Origin: a virus
Strand: one strand, 5' to 3'
Virus record (IMG/VR): IMGVR_UViG_3300029904_000002
Span: 1-64,000 of that record
Length of the DNA: 64,000 nt
Of the stretch, positions 27,540 to 36,647 are shown piece after piece. The notes under the pieces were generated by a model, which made no database searches, was not told the origin of the DNA, and saw nothing but the letters and a program-made list of their open reading frames with translations. How positions within the stretch are numbered: position 1 is the first letter of the stretch; every line of letters begins with the position of its first letter. Made by a program: the position numbers and the translations under genes.

Positions 27540-27966
27540 ATGATTCTTGAAAATAAGATATATGATGTCATAAGGACGATGACACCTACTCTGAATACTA
27601 CACAGCTTCAGAGTTTGAAAGATACATTATTTGCAGTATTTGAAAACTGTGAAATTGTAGATAAATCAGAACATACAGAATTAGCAGTTGTCAATGACTC
27701 TTGGAAATATGACCTTCAGGATTTCCTAACATCTAAAACACTTGAAGGTAAAACGGATGAATATAGTAGGAAAGGCTGCAGGTATAAAGAAATCACATCT
27801 ACACAAAATGCGTCGTACTTCTATTACAAATGCCGTAAATAGAGGTATGCCGATACAAGAAGCTGCATTATTTGCCGGCCATGCATCTACGGAAACTACG
27901 TTGTTGTACTGGACAGCTGATCAAGAAGCTGTTAGGTATCATCATAAAAAATATTTAAGTGCATAA
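27540..27966 (+). pseudogene. internally deleted, frameshifted tyrosine recombinase (integrase relic)
   Basis: Frame 1 (27540..27842) has a SAM-like N-domain remnant (DLQDFLTSKTLEGK). Frame 2 (27742..27966) has only the C-terminal catalytic end HLHKMRRT..GH.S..TT..Y. The region that should hold the first catalytic Arg and Lys is missing. Confidence 0.7.
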
Positions 27967-27979
27967 GGAGGTGAAATTA

Positions 27980-28207
27980 TTGGCATATATCAAAGAAGTT
28001 ACACAAGAGAAAGGTTCACATGATTCCTCTATTCTTAACATCTCAAATACTGAGGATAGATCTTGTTTAATCTGCGGATCTAGAAATACCAATTCTAATA
28101 AAATACAGTTTAATCGTAAACATGGTAGAGGCAACATTGTTACATTCAATATTTGTAGTAGTTGTCTCAAAGAGCTTCGCAGGTCATTCATTAACCTGAA
28201 ACTGTAG
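27980..28207 (+). CDS. small zinc-ribbon protein
   Basis: ORF track 27959..28207; TTG 27980 lies 8 nt after GGAGG; CLICGS..CSSC. Confidence 0.45.
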   Translation: MAYIKEVTQEKGSHDSSILNISNTEDRSCLICGSRNTNSNKIQFNRKHGRGNIVTFNICSSCLKELRRSFINLKL

Positions 28208-28280
28208 TATACAACCTTGTTTACAGATAGAAATTGTGGATGATATCAAACACTTAGATTTGAGTCATTGCGAAATAATC

Positions 28281-28306
28281 AGGGCGATATCTGATATCGC
28301 CCTTTT
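28281..28306 (+). terminator. intrinsic terminator
   Basis: 10-bp stem AGGGCGATAT/ATATCGCCCT, loop CTG, TTTT tail. Confidence 0.75.
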
Positions 28307-28337
28307 CTTATATTAAATAGAAAGGAGCTGAAATGCT

Positions 28338-29969
28338 ATGGCTCGTGAATTATATAATCTTGGCCGCGTTACAGGATTTAGTGCATATGAAATATATGTG
28401 AAACAACATGCTTCTGAAGATCCTGTGAATCCACCTGCATCCGAACGTGAATGGCTTGCATCTTCATTAGCAATGGGTGCATCAATGCTACTTAAAATTC
28501 CAGCTAACACAGCTCATGGTGATTCAGATAACTGGGTACTTGATATACAGTTTCCGTCTGATACAATATTGTGCGCTGCAAATACCATTATTGCTTCATT
28601 CTTCAGAGGTGAAGGGGTATACAATGGTAACTGGGCAACACGTGTGTCAAGTTATGGTGATCTGATTTCAAATACTTCAGGGTCATCTCCTAATGGTAAC
28701 TTGAATCATGGGTCCACTATTCCACAAGGTACAATAGATGACTGGAACGAAAGAGAGAAAGCTACATTAGCAGATTACATGAAAATTGTAGATGGTATCA
28801 TTATCCATCCCGGAACTTGGTCAAATAGTGCTAAAACTCCTCCTCAAAAAGATTTTGCACCTAACATGGGAGATTATCCTAGAATACGTCTTCATATACG
28901 AGGACCTATCAATAATGATTTGCAAATACTACTTACAGGGTTCACTATACGCACGATTGTTAAAGGTATGACTGGACTTGACGGATCTACAAACACAACC
29001 GCCCCTCAAAATGGAGATTTCTTAGGACCTGGTCAATTCCCATGGGCAGCTAAAGTAATCTTCTCTGTACCAAGTTCTTATATTAGTTTCTTTGCTGCAG
29101 GAGCGTACAAACGTAAATTACCAACAAGTTCATCTTCTAGAGCAGTTAAAGATACGGCTGTTATCGATATGCAAACGAGTAGACCTGAGACATATTATGA
29201 GTCACAGCATCAAGCTGCTCGTGTTCAAGTAAATGTCGATGATTATACTACACTTGGAGATGGTACAGCAGTACTCACAGTGTATCAAAAATCTTCTAAA
29301 TTTCCTCCAGCTATCTGGGGAACATTTGTTGATTCTAAAGGCACAAATTATCTACATCCTCTTGATATTGTAGCACCAGGATCTGTAAAGATGTTTGAAG
29401 ATGCTACAGAAGAGGAATTGAAAGAATATGAAAATCTATTTGATGGAACATTTTCTATCAATAAGAATACCGAGGACGGTACGATAGAGATCATAGGACC
29501 TGACGGAACACTTGTACCGGCTGCTGAAGTATCTGTACAAGATGCTAACTATACTTCACCAACATCTGGGGCTACAAAAGCTAAGATACTTGTTACTAAG
29601 ACAGGTAAATTGACTGGGCTGTCATTATCAATGTCTTCAGGAGTAGGCAACACACAATACACCATCGGATCAGATGGTGCTAGCAATGCTACTATGGGAA
29701 ATACTTCATATGATAAAGGCTCACAAACTAAGTTATCGCCGTCTAGCTCTAATATAAATTGGGCAATGTTGCTTGAAGCACTCGCGAACAACAAGGCTAT
29801 AGATGTTTTGGGAGATAACATGAAAGCGTTGAAATCTGGATTGAATCAAACATTTCCATATATTCAATTCAAAAATGGGTTACGATTATACATTTCAAAT
29901 ACTGAGCCTACACCGAGTTCATCAATTCCTGTAGGATCTATTGGAATTGGATGGACAGCTGATGAATAG
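28338..29969 (+). CDS. putative virion structural protein
   Basis: ORF track 543 aa; AAGGAG upstream; Ser/Thr/Gly-rich; no family recognised. Confidence 0.7.
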   Translation: MARELYNLGRVTGFSAYEIYVKQHASEDPVNPPASEREWLASSLAMGASMLLKIPANTAHGDSDNWVLDIQFPSDTILCAANTIIASFFRGEGVYNGNWATRVSSYGDLISNTSGSSPNGNLNHGSTIPQGTIDDWNEREKATLADYMKIVDGIIIHPGTWSNSAKTPPQKDFAPNMGDYPRIRLHIRGPINNDLQILLTGFTIRTIVKGMTGLDGSTNTTAPQNGDFLGPGQFPWAAKVIFSVPSSYISFFAAGAYKRKLPTSSSSRAVKDTAVIDMQTSRPETYYESQHQAARVQVNVDDYTTLGDGTAVLTVYQKSSKFPPAIWGTFVDSKGTNYLHPLDIVAPGSVKMFEDATEEELKEYENLFDGTFSINKNTEDGTIEIIGPDGTLVPAAEVSVQDANYTSPTSGATKAKILVTKTGKLTGLSLSMSSGVGNTQYTIGSDGASNATMGNTSYDKGSQTKLSPSSSNINWAMLLEALANNKAIDVLGDNMKALKSGLNQTFPYIQFKNGLRLYISNTEPTPSSSIPVGSIGIGWTADE

Positions 29970-29981
29970 AGGTGATATGAT

Positions 29982-31079
29982 ATGAGTTGGAGTGGAACTG
30001 TCACAATTCATGAAGGTGCTCAACATTATACCGAAAATCCTCATATATCAATATCATTAAATGTGGGTGATATTACTCGAAGCGGTAATACTATATCTTG
30101 TAGAGCAAGTGCGTCTATCAGTGGACTGAGTGGTCAATCATATTTTGGATATGGAATTCAAGTATTTGCCCAGTTAGACAATGGATCTCGACAGACTTTA
30201 TTTACTAAACCAAACTCCCCTAGTCAATGGAGTTCAGGTGCATATTCAGGTAGTGCAACTTGTACATCTACTAATACTGGAACATCTGCAACATTCAAAA
30301 TACTTGCTAGATTCAATTGTACTTGTGCAGAGGCTGCTGGGGGCGCTGGTGGAGGTGACATCAATAATATCACTCCTGTAGTTGTATGGTCAAGATCATT
30401 ATCTGCACCGGCAGCAAACGTTACAGTAAAATTCAATCTTGATGGAGGTACTCGTACAGGCGGAGGTGCATTAACACAAAGCGTAGCAATTGGTGGCACA
30501 GCTACAGCACCTACATGTACGAGAACTCAATGTAATTTTGTAGGATGGGATAAACCACTTACTAATATTCAGTCTTCACAAACAATTACGGCCATATGGG
30601 ATTACATCATAAAGTATGATACATCAGAATTATATTACATAACACTTCCTGATCAAATCAAGCATAAGAATAAAAACCTTACACTTGATAGCACAAATCT
30701 GAGTTCTGAGAATCCAGGACATGAACATACAGGGTGGGCAACATCTAAGGGAGGTGCTCCGGCATATACACTAGGAGGAACATATACTCAAAATGCTCCA
30801 GATACATTATATCCTGCTTGGGACGTATCAAAAACAACATTTACCGTTATATTCGACTTAAAAGGTGGTACATCTTCAGGCGGAGGCGCTCTTACACAGA
30901 CTGTAGCATATGGTCAATCTGCCACACCTCCAAGCAATCCTACTAAATCCGGTAGGCGATTCATGGGATGGTTAGGGAATTACAAGAATGTCACAAGCGA
31001 TAGAACAATTTATGCAATGTGGGATTCAGCTCCGTTGTGGATATTTACCGGTACAGAATGGATACCGTTTGCTAATTAA
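29982..31079 (+). CDS. adhesin-like protein with three Listeria-Bacteroides (Flg_new / InlB B-type) repeats
   Basis: 365 aa; VTVKFNLDGGTRTGGGALTQSVAIGGTATAP..FVGW.. and FTVIFDLKGGTSSGGGALTQTVAYGQSATPP..FMGW.. match the repeat pattern from memory. Confidence 0.65.
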   Translation: MSWSGTVTIHEGAQHYTENPHISISLNVGDITRSGNTISCRASASISGLSGQSYFGYGIQVFAQLDNGSRQTLFTKPNSPSQWSSGAYSGSATCTSTNTGTSATFKILARFNCTCAEAAGGAGGGDINNITPVVVWSRSLSAPAANVTVKFNLDGGTRTGGGALTQSVAIGGTATAPTCTRTQCNFVGWDKPLTNIQSSQTITAIWDYIIKYDTSELYYITLPDQIKHKNKNLTLDSTNLSSENPGHEHTGWATSKGGAPAYTLGGTYTQNAPDTLYPAWDVSKTTFTVIFDLKGGTSSGGGALTQTVAYGQSATPPSNPTKSGRRFMGWLGNYKNVTSDRTIYAMWDSAPLWIFTGTEWIPFAN

Positions 31080-31093
31080 GGAGGTGACTGTAT

Positions 31094-31867
31094 ATGGCAA
31101 TTGCATACGATCCTAACACCGGGTGGTCAAACTTACTTGCATTCAATGTCGGATCTGATGCATATTCAGATAACTCTTACAGATCAGCAAGTGCAACATG
31201 GTTCCAAAGGTCTTGGTGGTCAACTAGTAGGTGGGCTAGGAAATATGTGAATATCAATGACATACCTGTTAAGATTACTCAGATGAACTTCCTAGCATGC
31301 GCAGGGCATTCAAATGGGAAGCAATTTGGAGCATCTCCTTCAGGTGGTCTGGTAGGACCTACAAATGGATATGGATGTACATTTACAGTTGATATATATG
31401 TAGTAGGAGGATCAAACGGTAATGAATCTCTTACAGCTGTATCTTCTCATACATTAGAATCTATCAATCAATACAATTGTGCATATGGAGGATTGGGAAA
31501 CGTATCAACATCTAACGACCAGACATCATTTGGGTCTGTAGCATATTTTGGACCTGGTACTGGCAGAGATTTAGATAGTCAAGGTCATAGACGATATAGA
31601 TATAAACAAGAGTTTATATTTGACGATGCACCTGGAATTCCTCCAGGACATTCAATGTTCGTACATGTTAGACCTACTAATTGGCCTAGTGGATCAACAA
31701 CAAATAACAGCATGCTTGTAATACAAAGTGCAGACCCATTTTTCGAAGCAACTATGGAACCTGCTGAGAGTCCATATATTTGGAGATTTGATGGAAAACA
31801 GTGGGTCAAAGACCTATATGCATTCAAATTTGACGGAAAGGCGTGGTTAGAATTAAAAGATCAATAA
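31094..31867 (+). CDS. hypothetical (probably structural) protein
   Basis: ORF track 257 aa; GGAGG upstream. Confidence 0.65.
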   Translation: MAIAYDPNTGWSNLLAFNVGSDAYSDNSYRSASATWFQRSWWSTSRWARKYVNINDIPVKITQMNFLACAGHSNGKQFGASPSGGLVGPTNGYGCTFTVDIYVVGGSNGNESLTAVSSHTLESINQYNCAYGGLGNVSTSNDQTSFGSVAYFGPGTGRDLDSQGHRRYRYKQEFIFDDAPGIPPGHSMFVHVRPTNWPSGSTTNNSMLVIQSADPFFEATMEPAESPYIWRFDGKQWVKDLYAFKFDGKAWLELKDQ

Positions 31868-32268
31868 TATTCTGTGGAAAATCTGACAGACCTCCTAAAT
31901 ATCAAGGAGGTCAAGCTGTTAATATCATTGGGAAGTATCTGTTCAAGCATATTGACGGAGCACACAATTTCAAAAAAGGAGCTAATACATATGACATCTA
32001 TTTTACTATATTGTATCAGCTCAAAGAAGACTATCGAACAGAGAAAGATAATGATATGCATGAAATGAATATCAACATATCGCTCACAACGTACTCTGAT
32101 AAGTTGAGAATGAATATAATTGAAATATCACCTAGAGAGAAGACATTAGGATTCAACACATTTTCTCTGTCTAAGTTTGATGATCTACAAGCTGGGTATG
32201 AACTTATCATGAATACATTGATGAAACGACTATCTAAAGAATATCAAAACTATGATTTTATATTTTGA
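31843..32268 (+). CDS. hypothetical protein, start uncertain
   Basis: ORF track 141 aa. No good SD at GTG 31843. The internal GGAGG (31906-31910) can pair with CCTCC (31891-31895), and no canonical start codon follows it. Confidence 0.35.
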   Translation: MVRIKRSIIFCGKSDRPPKYQGGQAVNIIGKYLFKHIDGAHNFKKGANTYDIYFTILYQLKEDYRTEKDNDMHEMNINISLTTYSDKLRMNIIEISPREKTLGFNTFSLSKFDDLQAGYELIMNTLMKRLSKEYQNYDFIF

Positions 32269-32611
32269 TTTCAGTGCAACCATTTTCTTCAAATAGATCA
32301 TTTGTAGGGTCAATCATGATTCTAAGAAAGCAGTCAGTTGATACAATTGTTCTATGATCATATATTCTGAAGTTAGTCGTATCATTAGATGGAATAACTT
32401 TGATATGATTAAAATCAGATGCAATAAGAAAATCTAAAATAGCAGGATGTATACATATGACAATATTATCAGATTCTACATTTCTGTAAGTTTTCTTGAT
32501 ATTTTGAATAGACGCAAAAATATAGAAGTCCAATTCATAAGCTTCCATCTTTACATCTTTGATAATGTCATTGTCTTTGCATCGAAATATAATTTGGTTC
32601 AATATAATCAC
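32258..32611 (-). CDS. hypothetical protein (one of only two minus-strand genes)
   Basis: ORF track 117 aa, GTG/TTG start; its 3' end overlaps the 3' end of 31843..32268 by 11 nt. Confidence 0.5.
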   Translation of the reverse strand: MIILNQIIFRCKDNDIIKDVKMEAYELDFYIFASIQNIKKTYRNVESDNIVICIHPAILDFLIASDFNHIKVIPSNDTTNFRIYDHRTIVSTDCFLRIMIDPTNDLFEENGCTEIKI

Positions 32612-32651
32612 AACCTTTCATTATAACGGACGGCATTCAATTTCTTCATTG

Positions 32652-32690
32652 ATCTGCAGTGGGTCTTATTAAGATCCCTGCAGATTTTCT
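32652..32690 (+). terminator. long stem-loop with T tail (+ strand terminator located beyond the antisense gene)
   Basis: ATCTGCAG/CTGCAGAT outer stem plus inner GGTCTT/AAGATC stem, followed by TTTTCT. Confidence 0.6.
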
Positions 32691-32694
32691 ATGT

Positions 32695-32707
32695 ATAATA
32701 ACGATCT
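32695..32707 (-). promoter_or_regulatory. minus-strand copy of the promoter-like motif (AGATCGTTATTAT on the - strand)
   Basis: Left arm of the palindrome ATAATAACGAT-CTAAGC-ATCGTTATTAT; points at the minus-strand gene 32258..32611. Confidence 0.45.
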
Positions 32708-32709
32708 AA

Positions 32710-32722
32710 GCATCGTTATTAT
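32710..32722 (+). promoter_or_regulatory. gAATCGTTAt promoter-like motif copy (GCATCGTTATTAT)
   Basis: Right arm of the same palindrome; 42 nt upstream of ATG 32764. Confidence 0.55.
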
Positions 32723-32763
32723 ATTCAAATAAGATATAACTATAAGATGAAAGGTGGATGAAT

Positions 32764-33264
32764 ATGGATATTAATATGAATGGAATCTATAAAATATCTG
32801 ACAAGATGACTATCAAAGAAGCTTGCAGAAAATATCGACCTAGTAGAGTAGGAATGGAATTTCATTGCATGAATTGGACATTCAAGCCTAGAGAATTTAG
32901 AGGCAAGATCTACATGGTTGATACTTATTGGTCCGCCGATTCATTTTCTATTGAAGTTGATGAAAATAATATAGATGATTTCAAACTTGTAGCAATTAAA
33001 GATGATATAACATCTGTAGATTCATCTAATTTGAAGTATTACAATAGCGCAGATATTATATGGTTAGCATTAGATTCGTTGGGTGAATCTCGTCCGTATA
33101 TCTTGAAAAGTACTAAGATGTCAGCTGAAATTAGTGTGAAGGTACTTAGAAGTGAAATTGAATGGCTATATTCCGAGATCGAATATAAAAAGTCTTTGAT
33201 ATCTAAAATCTTAAAAGGTAAAGATTCCAGATTTGATACCTTTAATATAGAAGATCAAAAATAA
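32764..33264 (+). CDS. hypothetical protein
   Basis: ORF track 32758..33264; ATG 32764 has better spacing to AGGTGG. Confidence 0.6.
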   Translation: MDINMNGIYKISDKMTIKEACRKYRPSRVGMEFHCMNWTFKPREFRGKIYMVDTYWSADSFSIEVDENNIDDFKLVAIKDDITSVDSSNLKYYNSADIIWLALDSLGESRPYILKSTKMSAEISVKVLRSEIEWLYSEIEYKKSLISKILKGKDSRFDTFNIEDQK

Positions 33265-33374
33265 CAGGTACAAACATTGTACCTGATTATATATATCAAC
33301 TTTTCATAAGACCAGTTATGTAATAACCTTGACGTCCTGGTCTAAAACAAAAAATAATAGGAGGTAAATTGAAT

Positions 33375-34124
33375 ATGAATAAGTTGAAATCAACCATTGT
33401 CAGTGAGATAGAAGATTACAAAATTCTTCTTAGGAATGTTCCTGCATTGACGATGGTTTTCTTTGTGTTGAGTGTAGTGTTCATGAATGTGTTCGCCGGG
33501 AAAGAGCTAATAAGTGTGGAATATCTTGCTCTTGACTGTGGATTTATTTTATCATGGATGAGCTTCTTATGTATGGATATGCTTACAAAAAGATTTGGTG
33601 CAAAAGCTGCTATCAAATTATCACTCTTATCTGTATTTATAAATCTTATCTGTTGCTTGGTATTTTTTATTGAATCAAAGATTGGCAATAACTGGTCTGT
33701 ATTTTATAACTATAATGATCCTATTGCAAACGATGCACTTAATGATACATTTGGAGGTACTTGGTATGTATTACTTGGATCGACTATTGCAATGATTATT
33801 GCATCTGTTGTAAATGCTATCATAAATCAAGCAATCGGAAATCGTATGAAGAAAAATAATTTCTTTGCATATGCACTCAGATCTTATGTATCGACTGCTT
33901 TCGGACAGTTTGTAGATAATTTTGTATTTGCTATGATTGTATCTGTCACATTCTTTGGGTGGAATATGACGCAAGTAATTATGTGCTCTATCACCGGTGC
34001 TGCTTGTGAATTGTTAGCTGAAGTTATTTTTTCTCCTCTAGGATTTAAGGCATGCAGAAGATGGGAAAGTTATGGAGTGGGACAGAACTATATCGACTAT
34101 ATGAATTCACAGAAATCTGCGTAA
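33375..34124 (+). CDS. YhhQ/VUT-family queuosine-precursor transporter-like membrane protein
   Basis: ORF track 33369..34124; ATG 33375 lies 10 nt after GGAGG; multi-pass hydrophobic; MDMLTKRFG resembles the D..TE.YG motif of YhhQ; adjacent to the que operon. Confidence 0.7.
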   Translation: MNKLKSTIVSEIEDYKILLRNVPALTMVFFVLSVVFMNVFAGKELISVEYLALDCGFILSWMSFLCMDMLTKRFGAKAAIKLSLLSVFINLICCLVFFIESKIGNNWSVFYNYNDPIANDALNDTFGGTWYVLLGSTIAMIIASVVNAIINQAIGNRMKKNNFFAYALRSYVSTAFGQFVDNFVFAMIVSVTFFGWNMTQVIMCSITGAACELLAEVIFSPLGFKACRRWESYGVGQNYIDYMNSQKSA

Positions 34125-34129
34125 TATGT

Positions 34130-34142
34130 GAATCGTTATATA
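34130..34142 (+). promoter_or_regulatory. gAATCGTTAt promoter-like motif copy (GAATCGTTATATA)
   Basis: 6 nt after the transporter stop; 26 nt upstream of ATG 34168; heads the que operon. Confidence 0.6.
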
Positions 34143-34167
34143 CATACAGATAAAGGAGGTAATTCAT

Positions 34168-34317
34168 ATGAGTAAATCAGAGATGAAAAAGAAACTTCAG
34201 AATTTTATTGATAATCTTATGAAGGATTATAATGATAAACTTGAGTGTTTTGTAAGAGATGAAGATGATATGATTAGAGAATTCAAGTCTATCATTGAAG
34301 ATTCAGATGAGGTGTAA
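34168..34317 (+). CDS. small acidic protein, 49 aa (MSKSEMKKKLQNFIDNLMKDYNDK...)
   Basis: Own translation; GGAGG 8 nt upstream; below the ORF-track cutoff; first gene of the que operon. Confidence 0.45.
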   Translation: MSKSEMKKKLQNFIDNLMKDYNDKLECFVRDEDDMIREFKSIIEDSDEV

Positions 34318-34320
34318 TAG

Positions 34321-35013
34321 ATGAGAGTAGTCATAACTGGAGCTTCTAGAGGAATTGGTCGTGCATGTGTTAAAAAATTTCTTGATGAAGGCCACGAAGT
34401 ATTTGGAATAGATGTAGAGAATGATCTCTATGCATCTAAAATATATTTAGGAGATAAAGCAGGTAACTATACACATCATTGCAGAAATGTGAAGTCAGAC
34501 AGAGCTCTGCCTCAAATCAGATGCGTTGACATACTGATCAACAATGCGGGAACACAAGATAATGATGCTATTGATGTCAATCTCAAAGGGTTAATTAGAA
34601 CCACAGAGGAATATGGATTGCAACCAAATATTAAATCCATCTGTAATATGGCAAGTGTTTCTGCCCATAACGGTGCAGAATTTCCTTACTACGTTGCATC
34701 CAAAGGAGGAGTATTGTCATACACCAAGTGGACTGCAAAGGAAATTGCAAAATATGGTGCTACATGTAATAGCTTATCTTTTGGCGGAGTTATGACTGAT
34801 TTGAACCAGTCTGTAATAGATGATGACGAAGCTTGGGAAGAGATAATGTGTATGACACCACTGAGAAAGTGGATGACTCCTGAAGAATGTGCAGAATGGG
34901 TATATTTCTTAACTGTTATAAACAAGAGTTGCACTGCACAAGATATTGTAGTTGACAACGGAGAATTATTTAATCATACATTTGTATGGAGAGAAGAGGA
35001 GGATATTTTCTAG
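34321..35013 (+). CDS. short-chain dehydrogenase/reductase (SDR)
   Basis: 230 aa; [10 protein letters not shown] cofactor motif; catalytic S...YVASK (YxxxK); ends 2 nt before queF. Confidence 0.88.
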   Translation: MRVVITGASRGIGRACVKKFLDEGHEVFGIDVENDLYASKIYLGDKAGNYTHHCRNVKSDRALPQIRCVDILINNAGTQDNDAIDVNLKGLIRTTEEYGLQPNIKSICNMASVSAHNGAEFPYYVASKGGVLSYTKWTAKEIAKYGATCNSLSFGGVMTDLNQSVIDDDEAWEEIMCMTPLRKWMTPEECAEWVYFLTVINKSCTAQDIVVDNGELFNHTFVWREEEDIF

Positions 35014-35014
35014 T

Positions 35015-35518
35015 ATGAGTAGAAGCAAAGAAGATTTAGGCAATGTAACGTCTTTAGGATCTAATAAAACAAAGTACCCTACAGATTACGATCCGAGCGT
35101 ACTTGAATATTTTATCAATAAGCATCCTGAAAGTGATTATGTAGTTTCATTTGATGCTTATGAATTCAGTAGCTTATGTCCTAAAACTGGACAGCCGGAT
35201 TTTGCAAAGGTTGTGATATCATATATACCAAATTCTAAAATGGTGGAGAGCAAATCACTAAAACTATATCTGTTTAGTTTTAGGAATCATGGAGACTTCC
35301 ATGAGGATTGTATAAATATCATTATGAGTGATTTAATTTCTCTAATGGATCCTAAATATATTGAAGTTAAAGGAATATTTAGTCCCAGAGGAGGAATTTC
35401 AATATTTCCATTTGTAAACTATGCAGACCCTAGATACCAATATCAGGAATTTGCAAAGCAGCGTCAGTTAGATGCATTAAGAGATGCATCAAACAGAACT
35501 GTACGTTATGATATGTAA
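35015..35518 (+). CDS. queF: NADPH-dependent 7-cyano-7-deazaguanine (preQ0) reductase, type I
   Basis: ORF track 34952..35518; start moved to ATG 35015 (167 aa); motif [14 protein letters not shown]. Confidence 0.88.
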   Translation: MSRSKEDLGNVTSLGSNKTKYPTDYDPSVLEYFINKHPESDYVVSFDAYEFSSLCPKTGQPDFAKVVISYIPNSKMVESKSLKLYLFSFRNHGDFHEDCINIIMSDLISLMDPKYIEVKGIFSPRGGISIFPFVNYADPRYQYQEFAKQRQLDALRDASNRTVRYDM

Positions 35519-35598
35519 TGGTTAATTCTGCACAAGACAGTGCTGTCACCCTAGCTTGTGCAGTCTTAATAAATATTAAAAACAGGAGGTTTCAAACT

Positions 35599-36309
35599 AT
35601 GAAACAGCGAAAAGCAATAGTATTGAATTCAGGAGGAGCTGATTCCACAACATGTGTAGGAATTGCAGTTGATTCTGAAAAGTACTCAGAAGTAGCTACA
35701 GTAAGTGTACTGTATGGGCAGACGCATCAGAAAGAACTCAAATGTGCTCAGAATGTGGCTAATCATTATCATCTTAATCACTATGAATTAGATCTTTCAT
35801 CTGTACTCAGGTTCAGTAATTGTTCTCTTCTTAAAGGAAGTACAGAATCAATCCCTGAAAAAAGTTATGCAGAGCAGATTGCAGAAAATGGAGAAGGTAA
35901 AGTATCAACATATGTTCCGTTTAGGAATGGTCTCATGTTATCCTCTGTTGCTGCACTAGCACAGTCGATTTGGTCCGAAGATGATGTAGATATCTTACTA
36001 GGAGCTCATGCAGATGATGCTGCTGGTAGAGCGTATGCTGATTGTAGTGAGGAGTTTACATCTGCGATGAATACTGCAATCATCATAGGAACTTACGGAA
36101 AAGTAAGAGTAGTTGCACCGCTTGTAAATATGAATAAAGCTGAAGTCATTAAAGCGGGATTGGACTTAAATGTTCCATATGAACTTACCACAAGTTGCTA
36201 CAAAGGTGGAGATAAAGCATGTGGAAAATGCGGAACATGTATTGATCGTCTTAATGCATTCCATGAAAATGGTGTAGAGGATCCTATTGAATATGAGGAG
36301 GATAATTGA
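35599..36309 (+). CDS. queC: 7-cyano-7-deazaguanine synthase
   Basis: ORF track 35518..36309; ATG 35599 behind GGAGG; SGGADS PP-loop; C-terminal zinc Cys cluster C..CGKCGTC. Confidence 0.9.
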   Translation: MKQRKAIVLNSGGADSTTCVGIAVDSEKYSEVATVSVLYGQTHQKELKCAQNVANHYHLNHYELDLSSVLRFSNCSLLKGSTESIPEKSYAEQIAENGEGKVSTYVPFRNGLMLSSVAALAQSIWSEDDVDILLGAHADDAAGRAYADCSEEFTSAMNTAIIIGTYGKVRVVAPLVNMNKAEVIKAGLDLNVPYELTTSCYKGGDKACGKCGTCIDRLNAFHENGVEDPIEYEEDN

Positions 36310-36311
36310 GT

Positions 36312-36641
36312 ATGTATTATGTAAGAAAAGAATTGGAAGTTTCAGCAGCACATAAATTGGAACTTGATTATGAATCTCCGTGCACAAATATGCATGGACA
36401 TAATTGGAAAATAACAGTATTTTGTAAGTCTGATGAAGTCAATCAAAACGGTATGGTTATTGACTTCAAGGAGATTAAAAAGTCTGTTCATGCAGTTATG
36501 GATCATAAATATCTTAACGATGTATTTGATTTCAACCCTACTGCAGAAAACATTGCAAAATGGATTGTTGATTCAATTCCATGCTGCTATCGAGCAGAGG
36601 TTGAAGAGAGCTCTAATAATTGGGCTGCATATGAGGAGTAG
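36312..36641 (+). CDS. queD: 6-carboxy-5,6,7,8-tetrahydropterin synthase
   Basis: 109 aa from ATG 36312; VSAAHKL..C..MHGHNWKI signature. Confidence 0.9.
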   Translation: MYYVRKELEVSAAHKLELDYESPCTNMHGHNWKITVFCKSDEVNQNGMVIDFKEIKKSVHAVMDHKYLNDVFDFNPTAENIAKWIVDSIPCCYRAEVEESSNNWAAYEE

Positions 36642-36647
36642 ATCGAT

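Noticed and set aside
17470-28337. A possible late-promoter motif (TTATA-rich: CCTTTTATAGAGA at 17507, CTTATATAAGA at 21683, TTACATTAAA at 24900, CTTATATTAAATAG at 28306) upstream of structural genes.
   Set aside because: There are only four loosely similar A/T-rich strings, which are not distinguishable from background without statistics or TSS data.
32622-32634. A further minus-strand motif-like sequence (CCGTTATAATG on the - strand) right at the start of the minus-strand gene, implying a leaderless mRNA.
   Set aside because: It lacks the AAT part of the motif and overlaps the putative SD. The palindromic copy at 32695-32707 is a better promoter candidate.
33329-33358. A sigma-A-like TTGACG-18-AATAAT upstream of the transporter gene.
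   Set aside because: The predicted start site would fall on or after the SD (33360-33364), leaving no functional leader.
35519-35598. A possible preQ1 riboswitch in the 80-nt queF-queC gap (9-bp hairpin CTGCACAAG/CTTGTGCAG followed by an A-rich tail AAAAACAGGAGG).
   Set aside because: The stem is much longer and the loop (18 nt) larger than the preQ1-I fold I remember, and the conserved tail AAAAAACUA is not present. It may still be a regulatory hairpin; a cmscan with RF00522, RF01054 and RF02680 would settle this.
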